Made by a program: the position numbers and the translations under genes. Below are positions 39,494 through 49,062 of a stretch of 64,000 bases of DNA, one piece after another. Source of the DNA: an uncultured Clostridia bacterium (GTDB taxonomy: Bacteria > Bacillota > Clostridia > Oscillospirales > Oscillospiraceae). The notes under the pieces are model-generated. The model saw only the letters and a list, made by a program, of their open reading frames with translations. It made no database searches and was not told the origin of the DNA. The first letter of the stretch is position 1; the number at the start of each line of letters is the position of its first letter. The DNA lies in NCBI GenBank assembly GCA_947307255.1, contig CAMZIO010000003.1, positions 7,428 to 71,427 on the forward strand. Direction: 5' to 3'.

Positions 39494-40849
39494 TTAGAAG
39501 ATACCCTGGCAGAGCATAGCGTCGGCGACCTTCTCGAAACCGGCGATGTTGGCGCCAGCGATCAGATCGTAGCCCAGACCATACTTCGCAGCGGCCTCGA
39601 CGGAGGCGTTGTAGATGTTGGTCATGATCTTGTGCATCTGAGCGTCGACCTCTTCGGCGGACCAGTACAGACGCTCGGCGTTCTGAGCCATTTCGAGCTC
39701 GGAGACGGAGACGCCGCAGGCGTTGACGGCCTTGGAGGGAGCCACGACCATGTGCTTCTGGCCCTTCAGGAACACCAGAGCATCGTTGGTGGTGGGCATG
39801 TTGGCGACTTCGATGTAGTACTTGACGCCGGACTCGGCAATCTTCTTGGCCCAATCCATGTTGACGTCGTTCTGGGTAGCGGCGGGCATATAGATGTCCA
39901 CGTCCTTGACGCCCCAGCACTTCTGACCTTCGACGAACTCGCAGCCGAACTTCTCAGCATAGGGCTTGCAGTGCATCGGATCCTTGGCGCGCATCTCGAG
40001 GATGTAGTTGAGCTTCTCTTCGGTGCAGACGCCCTCGGGGTCGTGGATGTAGCCGTCGGGGCCGGCGAAGTAGGTAACCTTCGCGCCGAGCTCAGCGGAC
40101 TTCTTCATGATGCCCCAACCCACGTTGCCGTAACCGGACATGGCGATGCGCTTGCCGGCGATGTCAAGACCGTCGTGCTTGAGGACTTCGCACAGATAAT
40201 AGACAGCACCGAAACCAGTGGCCTCGGGACGGAGGATGGAGCCGCCCGTCTTGATGTCCTTACCGGAGACAGCGCCCATCTCGGCGTTGCCCATGATGCG
40301 GCGATACTGGCCATACAGGTAGCCGATCTCACGACCGCCAACACCGACGTCGCCGGCGGGGCAGTCGATATCCTGACCGATATGACGATACAGCTCGGTC
40401 ATGAAGGCCTGGCAGAAACGCATGACTTCGCCATCGCTGCGGCCGATGGGGCTGAAGTCGGAGCCGCCCTTGGCGCCGCCGATGGGCAGGCAGGTCAGAG
40501 CATCTTTGTAAACCTGCTCGAAGCCGAGGAACTTGATGGTGTCAAGATTGACGTTGGAGGCGAAGCGGAGACCGCCCTTGTGCGGGCCAAGGCTGGCGTT
40601 GAACTGAACGCGATAGCCACGGTTGACATGATACTGGAGCTGATCGTCCATCCACACAACGCGGAAAGCGATCATGCGCTCGGGCTCGACCATACGCTCA
40701 AGGATGCAAGCCTTCTCATACTTCTCCTGGTTGGCAGCGATCAGGGGCTCGACGGAGAGGAGAACCTCTTCAACAGTCTGCAGGAACAGCTTCTCGTCCG
40801 GGTTCTTGGCCTTGGTCTCGGCAAGAACTCTCTCAATGTAAGCATTCAT
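39494..40849 (-). CDS. gdhA: Glutamate dehydrogenase (GdhA type)
   Basis: GPHKGGLRF, GGAKGGSDF, PAGDVGVGGRE, RPEATGFG, GYGNVG; AGGAGG RBS. Confidence 0.95.
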   Translation of the reverse strand: MNAYIERVLAETKAKNPDEKLFLQTVEEVLLSVEPLIAANQEKYEKACILERMVEPERMIAFRVVWMDDQLQYHVNRGYRVQFNASLGPHKGGLRFASNVNLDTIKFLGFEQVYKDALTCLPIGGAKGGSDFSPIGRSDGEVMRFCQAFMTELYRHIGQDIDCPAGDVGVGGREIGYLYGQYRRIMGNAEMGAVSGKDIKTGGSILRPEATGFGAVYYLCEVLKHDGLDIAGKRIAMSGYGNVGWGIMKKSAELGAKVTYFAGPDGYIHDPEGVCTEEKLNYILEMRAKDPMHCKPYAEKFGCEFVEGQKCWGVKDVDIYMPAATQNDVNMDWAKKIAESGVKYYIEVANMPTTNDALVFLKGQKHMVVAPSKAVNACGVSVSELEMAQNAERLYWSAEEVDAQMHKIMTNIYNASVEAAAKYGLGYDLIAGANIAGFEKVADAMLCQGIF

Positions 40850-41141
40850 TGGAAACAACCTCCTCTAAATTTCCCTGTAAAACAGGGATTCGATGGTTTT
40901 TGATGGTTCAGCCATCTTCATTGGTTAGCTTATCACAATTTACATGAATTCACAAGGGGTTTGTCCCAAAATCGTTATTGTCTAAGTATGAGAAAAAGAT
41001 TGGTAATTTTTGTGCATACCGCAGAAAAGCATAGGAAAAGTTTCGTGTTTTTGAAAAATGCTATAAAAATTATTGCAGGATATCCGTCATATAGGCGGAG
41101 TATCCTGCAATAAATGCGTCATTGCCGCGCGGCGGGGCGCG

Positions 41142-42890
41142 TCAGCCCAGGCCGATGTCGTACACGTCGGTCCAGTACTGTCCGACGTCGGCATCGCGGT
41201 AGTAGATCGTTACGCTGTCGCCTTCGCTGAGCAGTGGGGCATAGGGCGCAAGATTTGCGCTGGCGCGGAAGCGGAAGTCCTCCTCACCGGCAAAGCGCAG
41301 GAAGTAGACCGAATTGCCGTTTACCACGGCAGAGCGGATCTCTTCGATCGTGCCGGAGAAGCTGTGGGTCTCCGTCGGCTCGCTCGGCAGCGGTGTGGTC
41401 TGCTCGTCGGTGATCAGCCGGTTCTGGCGCAGCATCGTGCGGTAATTACTCTCGCACTCCATCACGGTTGCGCCGGTGGCGACGATCTGATACTGGCTGA
41501 CGTTGACCATCGCGTACATTTTGACGAGGTTTGCCGCGTCCTTGAGCGCCATAAAGTAGGTGGGCTGGTCAGCGATGTTCAGCAGCAGCGGGAAGGTGGC
41601 GCGGTAGTTGAGGTGCTGCACCTGACCCTCGGCGCTGTCCATGGCGCTGTACTCCTCCGCGCCGGCAATGGAATAGTAGTGCGTTTCCTTCGTGCGCTGG
41701 TTGGAGAGGATGAAGCCGATGTTGCTCTCGTCTCCGCCGACGCTGGTTACGCCGGTGTAGAGCCACACGTCGTCGCCCTTGACGAGGTAGTTGTATCCGC
41801 GGGTGGTTACGCTGACGTCGCGCTGGCCGAAGATCGAGTTCCAAAAGCCGTTGTGGTACTGGCCGTAATAGTTATACTGCTGGACGATCAGATCGGCGGA
41901 GTAAACGTGGTCCACCCAGGAGGGTACCTGTTCGTAATACTGGCACGCGCCGGTGAGCGCGTTGACCAGCACGGCGCCGTTGTTATCCGTACCGCCGAAC
42001 AGGCCGATCGTCTTTTCCTTTTTCGCGCACACCCAGTAGGGCGTGCCGCTTTCGTCGATCTCAAAAATCGGCTCCTCAAACATCATGGTCGGGTAGTGGA
42101 AGCGCAGATGGCGGTACAGATTGCGGGAGAAGTGTTCCGCCGTGGTGTATTTCATGCCGTTTTGCAGTCGCACGACCTCCACGTTCTGCGTTACCATGTC
42201 AATGATCAGATAGGCGGGCAGGCCGTTCGAGCGGTTGTTGAGCCATTTGATCACATCGCCGTAGCGCAGCGGCGTTACGCGCACGGGGCGGCCTTGATAG
42301 TTGATCTGGGTATAGTCCTCCGCCACCTCAAACTGCGAAACCATATCGCTCAGCTCGCCGAGCTTGCGGTCGCCGAGCTTCATGGCGCTTTCTCGGTCAA
42401 GCATGGGAATCTGATCGTAGGAGATCTCGTCCACCTCGCTGACAAAGTCGCCGGGCTGCACGGACAGCAGCTTCTGATAGGAATCCGCCCGCAGCAGGAC
42501 CCAGGACGTGGCGCTGCCGACCAACGCAACGATCAGCAGCCCGATGACCAGAAAGAACGGGATGCGGCACTGCTTTTTGACGAAGTTAAAATAGCCCTTG
42601 GCGCCATCGCCCTGGAAGCCGGAGGTCAGCAGCGCGCACACGCAGTAGACCAGGCACAGCAGAAAGATGAAGCCGTAAAACTCCTCGGCGTGCAGGTTGA
42701 TGGCGGGAAGGTTTACATAAAAATAGACCAAACCGACCGCCAGCGTTACGCCCAGGTTGATCAGCACGCGCGCAATGGGCGAGCCGACGGCCTTACGCGG
42801 CTTGCGCTCGCGCCGGGGCTTTTTACCGACGCCGCCGCTGCTGCTGTTGTTGAATCCGCTCGCACTCGAGCCGGAAAACGGAATATCCAT
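41142..42890 (-). CDS. Membrane-anchored protein of unknown function with a large extracellular domain
   Basis: About 3 N-terminal TM helices, then a Tyr/Asn-rich soluble region; AAGGAG RBS; terminator at about 41072-41113. Confidence 0.85.
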   Translation of the reverse strand: MDIPFSGSSASGFNNSSSGGVGKKPRRERKPRKAVGSPIARVLINLGVTLAVGLVYFYVNLPAINLHAEEFYGFIFLLCLVYCVCALLTSGFQGDGAKGYFNFVKKQCRIPFFLVIGLLIVALVGSATSWVLLRADSYQKLLSVQPGDFVSEVDEISYDQIPMLDRESAMKLGDRKLGELSDMVSQFEVAEDYTQINYQGRPVRVTPLRYGDVIKWLNNRSNGLPAYLIIDMVTQNVEVVRLQNGMKYTTAEHFSRNLYRHLRFHYPTMMFEEPIFEIDESGTPYWVCAKKEKTIGLFGGTDNNGAVLVNALTGACQYYEQVPSWVDHVYSADLIVQQYNYYGQYHNGFWNSIFGQRDVSVTTRGYNYLVKGDDVWLYTGVTSVGGDESNIGFILSNQRTKETHYYSIAGAEEYSAMDSAEGQVQHLNYRATFPLLLNIADQPTYFMALKDAANLVKMYAMVNVSQYQIVATGATVMECESNYRTMLRQNRLITDEQTTPLPSEPTETHSFSGTIEEIRSAVVNGNSVYFLRFAGEEDFRFRASANLAPYAPLLSEGDSVTIYYRDADVGQYWTDVYDIGLG

Positions 42891-43034
42891 GATGTGCTCC
42901 TTTCGCATAGAACGCTACGATTCTCTATCTCATTATAATCCCCATACCGTGCAAAAGCAAGAGCTACCTTAGCGAGCAGCTCTTGCTTTCCCGGATGCAG
43001 CGCGGCTTCTCCTGCCGCGCCCGTCGGCTTGCCG

Positions 43035-43934
43035 TCAGGCTTTGGGCGTCTGCACGGGTGGATTCTCTGCGCAAGCGCCCCGCGCAGCCTGCCGCCTTAC
43101 ACGAGCGAGCACGACGATTGCCAGCGCCCATGCGCAGACGATCGTCAGTATGCCGGTTTCGCTGACGAAAAACGGCTTGATCGCGCCGGCCGTAACGAAT
43201 CCAAAAACGGCTTGGTCGTAATTGTTGTGCGCAGCGTGCAGCCAGGCTCCCGGCCACACGCTGTTGCTCTCCAGCGCAAGCAGACCCGTCAGAAACCCGA
43301 TCGGTAAAACGCACAGCACGAATGCGGGGATGCGATACCCAATCGGCGTCCCGGACATATAATCGCCGCCAATGAGAAGCGGCAAATGCCAGGCGATCCA
43401 GATCAGGCTTGAGATCCACAGCGCCCCGCGCAGACCGAACTGCTCGTATAGCGCCGGGAGCAGAAACCCGCGCCAGCCGAGCTCCTCACCGAGCGCCGTG
43501 AGCAGGGATAACACCGTGCCGACGGTGAGTGGCAGTGCAAAATCCTTGAGAACGGTGGGGACCGGTACGCCGTGATAGGCAAAGCATTCCGGATAAAGCT
43601 GCCAGTAAATCAGGTACGGGATCAGCAGATAAAAGAGCGGAAAGACCAGCCCCATCAGCACGTAGCGGAGCTTGCACCGTCTCAGTCCGCTGCGGGCAAG
43701 CAGACCCTTGAGCGAGATCGGCTCGCCCCGTTCCCGCAGCGCGACGCAGTGGGCGGGGATCGCCGCAAGCGCCGGGGTCCACATCAGCGCGGGGTACAGC
43801 CAATCCGGTCCGCCCGCGTGGATCCAGACGTACGCCGCCGCGGAGCAAGCCAGCACGACGGCGAGAAACACCGCCAGCGGGCGGGGGAAGCGGAAACGCT
43901 TGCAGTTGTTCGGCATCTCTTGCTTCTTTCGCAT
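43035..43934 (-). CDS. CPBP (Abi/CAAX) intramembrane metalloprotease
   Basis: GEELGWRGFL, WIAWHLP, LHAAHN motifs. Confidence 0.92.
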   Translation of the reverse strand: MRKKQEMPNNCKRFRFPRPLAVFLAVVLACSAAAYVWIHAGGPDWLYPALMWTPALAAIPAHCVALRERGEPISLKGLLARSGLRRCKLRYVLMGLVFPLFYLLIPYLIYWQLYPECFAYHGVPVPTVLKDFALPLTVGTVLSLLTALGEELGWRGFLLPALYEQFGLRGALWISSLIWIAWHLPLLIGGDYMSGTPIGYRIPAFVLCVLPIGFLTGLLALESNSVWPGAWLHAAHNNYDQAVFGFVTAGAIKPFFVSETGILTIVCAWALAIVVLARVRRQAARGACAENPPVQTPKA

Positions 43935-43935
43935 C

Positions 43936-44700
43936 TTATTCCAGATTGAGCCGTTTGCTCAGCGCCCACCAGGCTGCGAAGTACATCAGCAGGTTCAGAC
44001 CGATCAGCTGCGCGTAGTCGATGGGGGTGAGGATTTGCACCTCCCGCGCAGCAAGGCCGGCGTTGATGTGATAGTTGACGCTGATCCAGCCGCACAGGCG
44101 GAACAGGACCAGAGTCACGACCACCGCCGCGAAGTTGTAGAGCCCCTTGTGCTTGCGAAAGCTCTGCTCCAAGCTGTAATAGGCGTAGGATAGCAGCGTG
44201 ATCAGGCTGGCGAACAGGAGCATCGCCAGCAGCACGCGCAGGAGAACGGAGAGAGCGCCGCTTTGACTGAAAATGTGATGCAGCCCGGCGACGAGGTCGT
44301 GGAAGAAGGCGCTGTCAATACTGCTGCTGTCGGCGATCAGCACGGAGAGCACCATCGCAACTCCTGTGAGCAGGTACCACGCCATCGCCGTGAGCAGCTT
44401 GCTCAAAAGCAGGCTGTGGACGCCGGTGGGCAGCGTCATCATCAGATAGCCCTCGTCGCCGAGGATGTTTTTCTTATAGTGCAGCGTCAGAATGATGAAC
44501 ACGCCCACTGCCACGGCAAAGACGCTCAAGCCGTAGGCGATCATGATATACCCGACGACGCTTCCCTGCCAGCCCTGATTGAGATCGAACAGGCGCATTG
44601 CCATGGTCGTCATCAAAGCCAGCACCAGCATGATGCCATAGAGGCGAAGGAGCGAACGGCCGGTGGCCTGAAATTCATGCTTCATCAGTTTTCCAAACAT
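43936..44700 (-). CDS. ABC-2-type transporter permease
   Basis: MFGKLMKHEF, EGYLMMTLP..LLLSKL; about 6 TM helices. Confidence 0.85.
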   Translation of the reverse strand: MFGKLMKHEFQATGRSLLRLYGIMLVLALMTTMAMRLFDLNQGWQGSVVGYIMIAYGLSVFAVAVGVFIILTLHYKKNILGDEGYLMMTLPTGVHSLLLSKLLTAMAWYLLTGVAMVLSVLIADSSSIDSAFFHDLVAGLHHIFSQSGALSVLLRVLLAMLLFASLITLLSYAYYSLEQSFRKHKGLYNFAAVVVTLVLFRLCGWISVNYHINAGLAAREVQILTPIDYAQLIGLNLLMYFAAWWALSKRLNLE

Positions 44701-44736
44701 TTGTATTTCCTCCTATCACTGTGTGTCGTGCCGCGC

Positions 44737-45453
44737 TCAGTCGTTGGAGCGGCCGTCCACGCGGAAGACCTCGCGGAACAGCGCGTCCACCGACTTGCCG
44801 CGCTCGTCTCGAATGGCATCCACGCTTTCGTGCAGTTCGATACGCCCGTTGCGCAGGAAGATCACCTCGTCGAGCACCTGCTCCACGTCGGCGATCAGGT
44901 GCGTGGAGATCAGCACCGTGGCGTCCTCGCTGTAATTGCTCAGGATCGTGCGCAGGATGTAATCCCGCGCGGCGGGGTCCACGCCGCCGATCGGCTCGTC
45001 GAGCAGATAGAGCTTTGCCTTGCGGCTCATCACCAGGATGAGCTGCAGCTTTTCCTTTGTGCCCTTCGACATGGTCTTGATGCGCTGCGTCGGCTCCAGT
45101 CCCAGCTGCGCGACCATGGCGTTGGCGGCGTCGCGGCGAAAGTCTGCGTAAAAGTCTGCGTAAAAGTCGATCACCTGCTTCACACGCATCCACTCGGGCA
45201 GCGCGTTGCGCTCAGGCAGATAGGAAACGATTGCCTTGGTCTGCGCGCAGGGCTTTTGCCCGTCGATGAGGATCTCGCCCGCGGTGGGCGTCAGCAGCCC
45301 GTTTGCCAGCTTGATGAGCGTGGTCTTGCCGCTGCCGTTGGGACCGAGCAGGCCGATAATACGTCCCGGCGCCAGGCGCAGATCCACTGCGTCCAGCGCA
45401 AGATTGCTCTCGTAGCGCTTGGTCAGCGCCTTGCATTCCAAAATGTATTCCAT
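44737..45453 (-). CDS. ABC transporter ATP-binding protein (YtrB-like)
   Basis: GPNGSGKT, MSKG, LLDEPIGGVD, STH. Confidence 0.94.
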   Translation of the reverse strand: MEYILECKALTKRYESNLALDAVDLRLAPGRIIGLLGPNGSGKTTLIKLANGLLTPTAGEILIDGQKPCAQTKAIVSYLPERNALPEWMRVKQVIDFYADFYADFRRDAANAMVAQLGLEPTQRIKTMSKGTKEKLQLILVMSRKAKLYLLDEPIGGVDPAARDYILRTILSNYSEDATVLISTHLIADVEQVLDEVIFLRNGRIELHESVDAIRDERGKSVDALFREVFRVDGRSND

Positions 45454-45463
45454 GCCATCCTCC

Positions 45464-45832
45464 TTAATTGTCCTTCTTCGGCTGGGCGGCCAGCAGCGCG
45501 CCGATCTGCTCGCGCGTGAAGCCCAACCCATCCATCTCATGAAGGAATTCGTTGATTTTGTTCGCTGCCATCTGTTCCCTGGCCTGCGCGATCACAGCCC
45601 GGTCCTCGGTAACGAAACGGCCCGCAGTGCGCTGGGTGTATACCAGGGCGCTGCGCTCCAGCTCGCTGAGCGCACGCTGGACCGTGTTGGGGTTCACCCC
45701 GGCGTCCAGCGCCAGATCCCGCACGGTGGGCAGGCGCTCTCCCGGAGCATACGCGCCGGAAACGATCGCCCGGGTCATCTCGTCGACCAGTTGGGAGTAG
45801 ATCGGTAAATCCTCTCGAAATGTCCAACCCAT
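45464..45832 (-). CDS. GntR family regulator, YtrA subfamily
   Basis: PIYSQL, LPTVRDLA..GVNPNTVQRA, short C-terminal domain. Confidence 0.94.
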   Translation of the reverse strand: MGWTFREDLPIYSQLVDEMTRAIVSGAYAPGERLPTVRDLALDAGVNPNTVQRALSELERSALVYTQRTAGRFVTEDRAVIAQAREQMAANKINEFLHEMDGLGFTREQIGALLAAQPKKDN

Positions 45833-45853
45833 AGAATCCTTCCTTTCTGTTTT

Positions 45854-45901
45854 ATTGTATTAAGCAAGTAGAACAATAATACATCGATGCGGATTTGTCA
45901 A
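45854..45901 (-). promoter_or_regulatory. Promoter with a YtrA-type operator
   Basis: ATTGTATTAAGCAAGTAGAACAAT imperfect palindrome overlapping TTGACA-17 bp-TATTGT (minus strand). Confidence 0.6.
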
Positions 45902-46037
45902 GAGATTTTGCAAAAGTTTTTCAAAAAAATCCGACAGGCCGCTTCGACCTGCCGGTTTGTAGGGGGATGCTTTCCTGTTTGCGGGGAGAAACCTGCTGGC
46001 GGTGGAAGAGGGGAGCGCGAACGCTGCAAAAGCGGAA

Positions 46038-47447
46038 TCAGGTGTTTTCCCGGCTGATCGGCACGCGCAGCAGCAGACTGCGCAGCGCCTTGCCGTCGAA
46101 GGGGTAGAGGGGATAAAGGTAGCCGCGCCCGGCGATGGGGCGGGTGGTTACCAGCAGTGCGACGATCAGCGCGCAGCCCAGAACCAATCCGGCCCAGTCC
46201 AGTGCGCCGATGAGCAGCAGCAACACGAGCCGCAGCAGCTTGAATGCGTAGCCCAGCTCGTAGCTCGGCTGGGCGAAGTTGGCGATGGCGACGAACGCCA
46301 TGTAGGCCAGCACCTCCGGCACCAGCCAGTGCGCCTGCACGGCAAAGTCGCCCAGCACCAGCGCGCCGATCATGGAAAAGGAACTGCTGAATACCGACGG
46401 CGTGTTGAGCGAGGCGAGCTTGAGCAGATCCACGATGAACTCGGCCAGCAGCAGTTGCACCAGCAGCGGAACCTCGTAGTCCTCCGTGATGGCAAGGAAG
46501 TGCAGCATTCCCTCGGTGCTGGCGGTTTTGACCAGCAGATACCATACCGGTGTGATGAACAGCGTCAGCACGAACACCACATAGCGCAGCATGCGCAGAT
46601 AGGTGCCGATCAGCGGCGGAAAATAGAAGTCGTTTGCCTCCTGCACGAAGTCGAAAAAGGAGGTTGGCAGGATCATCGCCGCCGGAGAGTTATCCACCAG
46701 TATGATGAGGTTGCCCTCCATCAGGCAGGCGGTGGCAACGTCCGGCCGCTCGGTATAGCGCACCTTCGGAAACGGATTCCACCACTGGCGCGCCATCATC
46801 GCCTCGGCGATGCTCTCCTGTCCCATGGCGACGGAGCCGAGGTCGATTGCCGACAGCTTGCCGCGGACCTCCTCCAGCAGTGTGGGATCCACCCGGTTGT
46901 CCAGATAGCACAGCGCCACGTCTGCGCGGGAGCGCTGGCTGACCTGGTGCCCCTCCAGAACCAGATGCGGGTCGCGGATGCGGCGGCGCAGCAGGGCGGT
47001 ATTGACGACCAGCGTTTCGATAAACCCGTCGTGCGCGCCGCGCAGCGCCTTGCCGGAGGCCGGCTCCTCTACGCCGCGCACCGGGTAACGCTTGGCGTCG
47101 ATCAGCGCGCACTCGTCGAATCCCTCGGCCAGCAGCAGCGTTTTGCCGAGGAAGACGCCGGTAACCGCCGTTTCTACGCTGCGCTCGGCGCTGACCTCTC
47201 CAAAGGTGATATACCGGTCGATGAACGCCTGCATGGTTGCCGCGTCGCGCGTGGAGGACTGCGCAAGCAGAAAGCCGATTACGCGCTCGATCACGGCGTC
47301 GTCCCCGTAGCCGTCTACGGTGTAAATGCGGCAGCGACGCTCTCCGGTGTACAGGTCGCGCGCGATGACGTCAAAGCAGCGTCCCACGCCCAAAAGCGTA
47401 TCCAGGCGTGCGGCGTTTTGCGCAAAATCCGTTCCCAACAGTTCCAT
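46038..47447 (-). CDS. GerA-family (SpoVAF-like) spore germination protein
   Basis: RGVEEP, LRGAHDGFIETLVVNTALLRRRIRDP, FPKVRYTERPD, IGALVLGDFAV. Confidence 0.9.
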   Translation of the reverse strand: MELLGTDFAQNAARLDTLLGVGRCFDVIARDLYTGERRCRIYTVDGYGDDAVIERVIGFLLAQSSTRDAATMQAFIDRYITFGEVSAERSVETAVTGVFLGKTLLLAEGFDECALIDAKRYPVRGVEEPASGKALRGAHDGFIETLVVNTALLRRRIRDPHLVLEGHQVSQRSRADVALCYLDNRVDPTLLEEVRGKLSAIDLGSVAMGQESIAEAMMARQWWNPFPKVRYTERPDVATACLMEGNLIILVDNSPAAMILPTSFFDFVQEANDFYFPPLIGTYLRMLRYVVFVLTLFITPVWYLLVKTASTEGMLHFLAITEDYEVPLLVQLLLAEFIVDLLKLASLNTPSVFSSSFSMIGALVLGDFAVQAHWLVPEVLAYMAFVAIANFAQPSYELGYAFKLLRLVLLLLIGALDWAGLVLGCALIVALLVTTRPIAGRGYLYPLYPFDGKALRSLLLRVPISRENT

Positions 47448-47473
47448 AAGGCCCTCCCGAAAGCGTTTGGGAA

Positions 47474-47503
47474 TAGTATGGCCGCTCCGCCGGCAAAGTA
47501 TGC
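47474..47503 (-). promoter_or_regulatory. Forespore SigG-type promoter
   Basis: GCATA-18 bp-CATACTA on the minus strand. Confidence 0.7.
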
Positions 47504-47624
47504 CGGGGCGGCGATGCGTTCGGGCGGGAAGGGAAAAACCGTTCCAGCGCAATCAAACGGACGGACGTCTTGCGACGTCCGTCCGTGTAATATGCTTGTA
47601 TGGCTTGATGCAGGGCAAGCGCGT

Positions 47625-48920
47625 TTATCCGATCTGGCGCTGCGGCGGCGCAGGCTCTTCGCACTCCACGCACTCGATCCGTGCGCCGATGTCGCACAGC
47701 TTTTGAACGATATCCTCGTAGCCGCGCTCGATATACTGCACGTTGGTGATTTCACTGGTGCCCTCGGCGGCCAGCGCGGCGATCACCATGGCGGCGCCGG
47801 CACGCAGGTCGTAGGCCTGCACGCTTGCGCCGGTCAGCTTTTTCACGCCCTCGACCACGGCGGTGCGGCCCTCCACGCGGATCTGTGCGCCCATGCGCAA
47901 AAGCTCGCCGGCGTAGCGGTAACGGTTGTCCCAAACGCCCTCGGTAACCATGCTGGTCCCCTCTGCAAGCGAAAGCACCGTGGTGATCTGCGGCTGCATA
48001 TCGGTGGGGAAGCCGGGGTAGGGGAGCGTTTTGATGTTGGTGCGCATCAGCTTGCCGGAGCGGCGCACGAGCAGCGTGTCGTCCTGCTCTTCGATTTCAA
48101 CGCCCATCTCCTGCAGCTTGGCGGTGATGCAATCCATATGCTTGGGGATGATCCCGCGTACCAGGATCTGTCCGCCCGTCGCCGCGACGGCGGCCATATA
48201 GGTGCCCGCTTCGATCTGATCGGGAATGATGGCGTAGGAGCCGCTGTGCAGCTGATCCACGCCGTAAATACGAATGGTATCCGTGCCGGCGCCCTTGATG
48301 TCTGCGCCCATGGAGTTGAGGAAGTTGGCAAGGTCGACGATGTGCGGCTCCTTGGCGGCGTTTTCAATGGTGGTAACCCCGTCCGCCAGGGCGGCGGCCA
48401 TCATGATATTCATTGTTGCGCCGACGGAGACCACGTCCAGATAGACGCTGGCGCCCTTCATGCGGCCATCCTTAGCCCGGGCAAAGATATAATCGCCCTC
48501 GTGCACCTCCGCGCCCATAGCGACAAAGCCCTTGACGTGCTGGTCGATCGGGCGTACCCCGCCGAAATTACAGCCGCCGGGCATAGAAACCTGCGCCTCA
48601 CCGAAGCGGCCAAGCAGCGCGCCGATGAGGTAATAGGATGCGCGGATCTTGTGGGCCAGCTCCTGCGAAACCTGGGTGGTGGTGATATGACTGCAATCAA
48701 TCTCCACGCTGCTGGTCGTGAGGAAGCGGACGCTGGCGCCGAGCTGCTCAAGAATCTTGAGCAGGGCGGTAACGTCCGAGATCTGCGGGATGTTTTCAAT
48801 GCGGCAAACGCCGTCCACCAGCAGTGCGGCGGGGATGATGGCAACGGCGGCGTTTTTCGCCCCGCTGATATGAACCTCGCCGAAGAGCGGATGCCCGCCT
48901 TGAACAATATATTTTGTCAT
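47625..48920 (-). CDS. murA: UDP-N-acetylglucosamine 1-carboxyvinyltransferase
   Basis: SGAKNAA, PGGC..G.RPIDQH, SVGATMN, YPGFPTDMQ, DLRAGAA. Confidence 0.97.
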   Translation of the reverse strand: MTKYIVQGGHPLFGEVHISGAKNAAVAIIPAALLVDGVCRIENIPQISDVTALLKILEQLGASVRFLTTSSVEIDCSHITTTQVSQELAHKIRASYYLIGALLGRFGEAQVSMPGGCNFGGVRPIDQHVKGFVAMGAEVHEGDYIFARAKDGRMKGASVYLDVVSVGATMNIMMAAALADGVTTIENAAKEPHIVDLANFLNSMGADIKGAGTDTIRIYGVDQLHSGSYAIIPDQIEAGTYMAAVAATGGQILVRGIIPKHMDCITAKLQEMGVEIEEQDDTLLVRRSGKLMRTNIKTLPYPGFPTDMQPQITTVLSLAEGTSMVTEGVWDNRYRYAGELLRMGAQIRVEGRTAVVEGVKKLTGASVQAYDLRAGAAMVIAALAAEGTSEITNVQYIERGYEDIVQKLCDIGARIECVECEEPAPPQRQIG

Positions 48921-49062
48921 AAAGGAAGCTCCTTGAATCAATACATACGGATACTATTCACATAATACATCTTTAGTATACCAAACGAACGGGAAAAAGC
49001 AATCCCAAGATGGAAAAAACTGAAAAAAGAATTGCAAATAACGGAGAATGAAAGAAACGGCG

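Noticed and set aside
39470-40903. 477 aa ORF antisense to gdhA
   Set aside because: Codon-aligned mirror frame of a highly biased gene; no RBS or domain evidence
46002-48965. 987 aa plus-strand ORF
   Set aside because: Antisense shadow of gerA and murA; GC-rich codon bias removes stops on the opposite strand; no motifs
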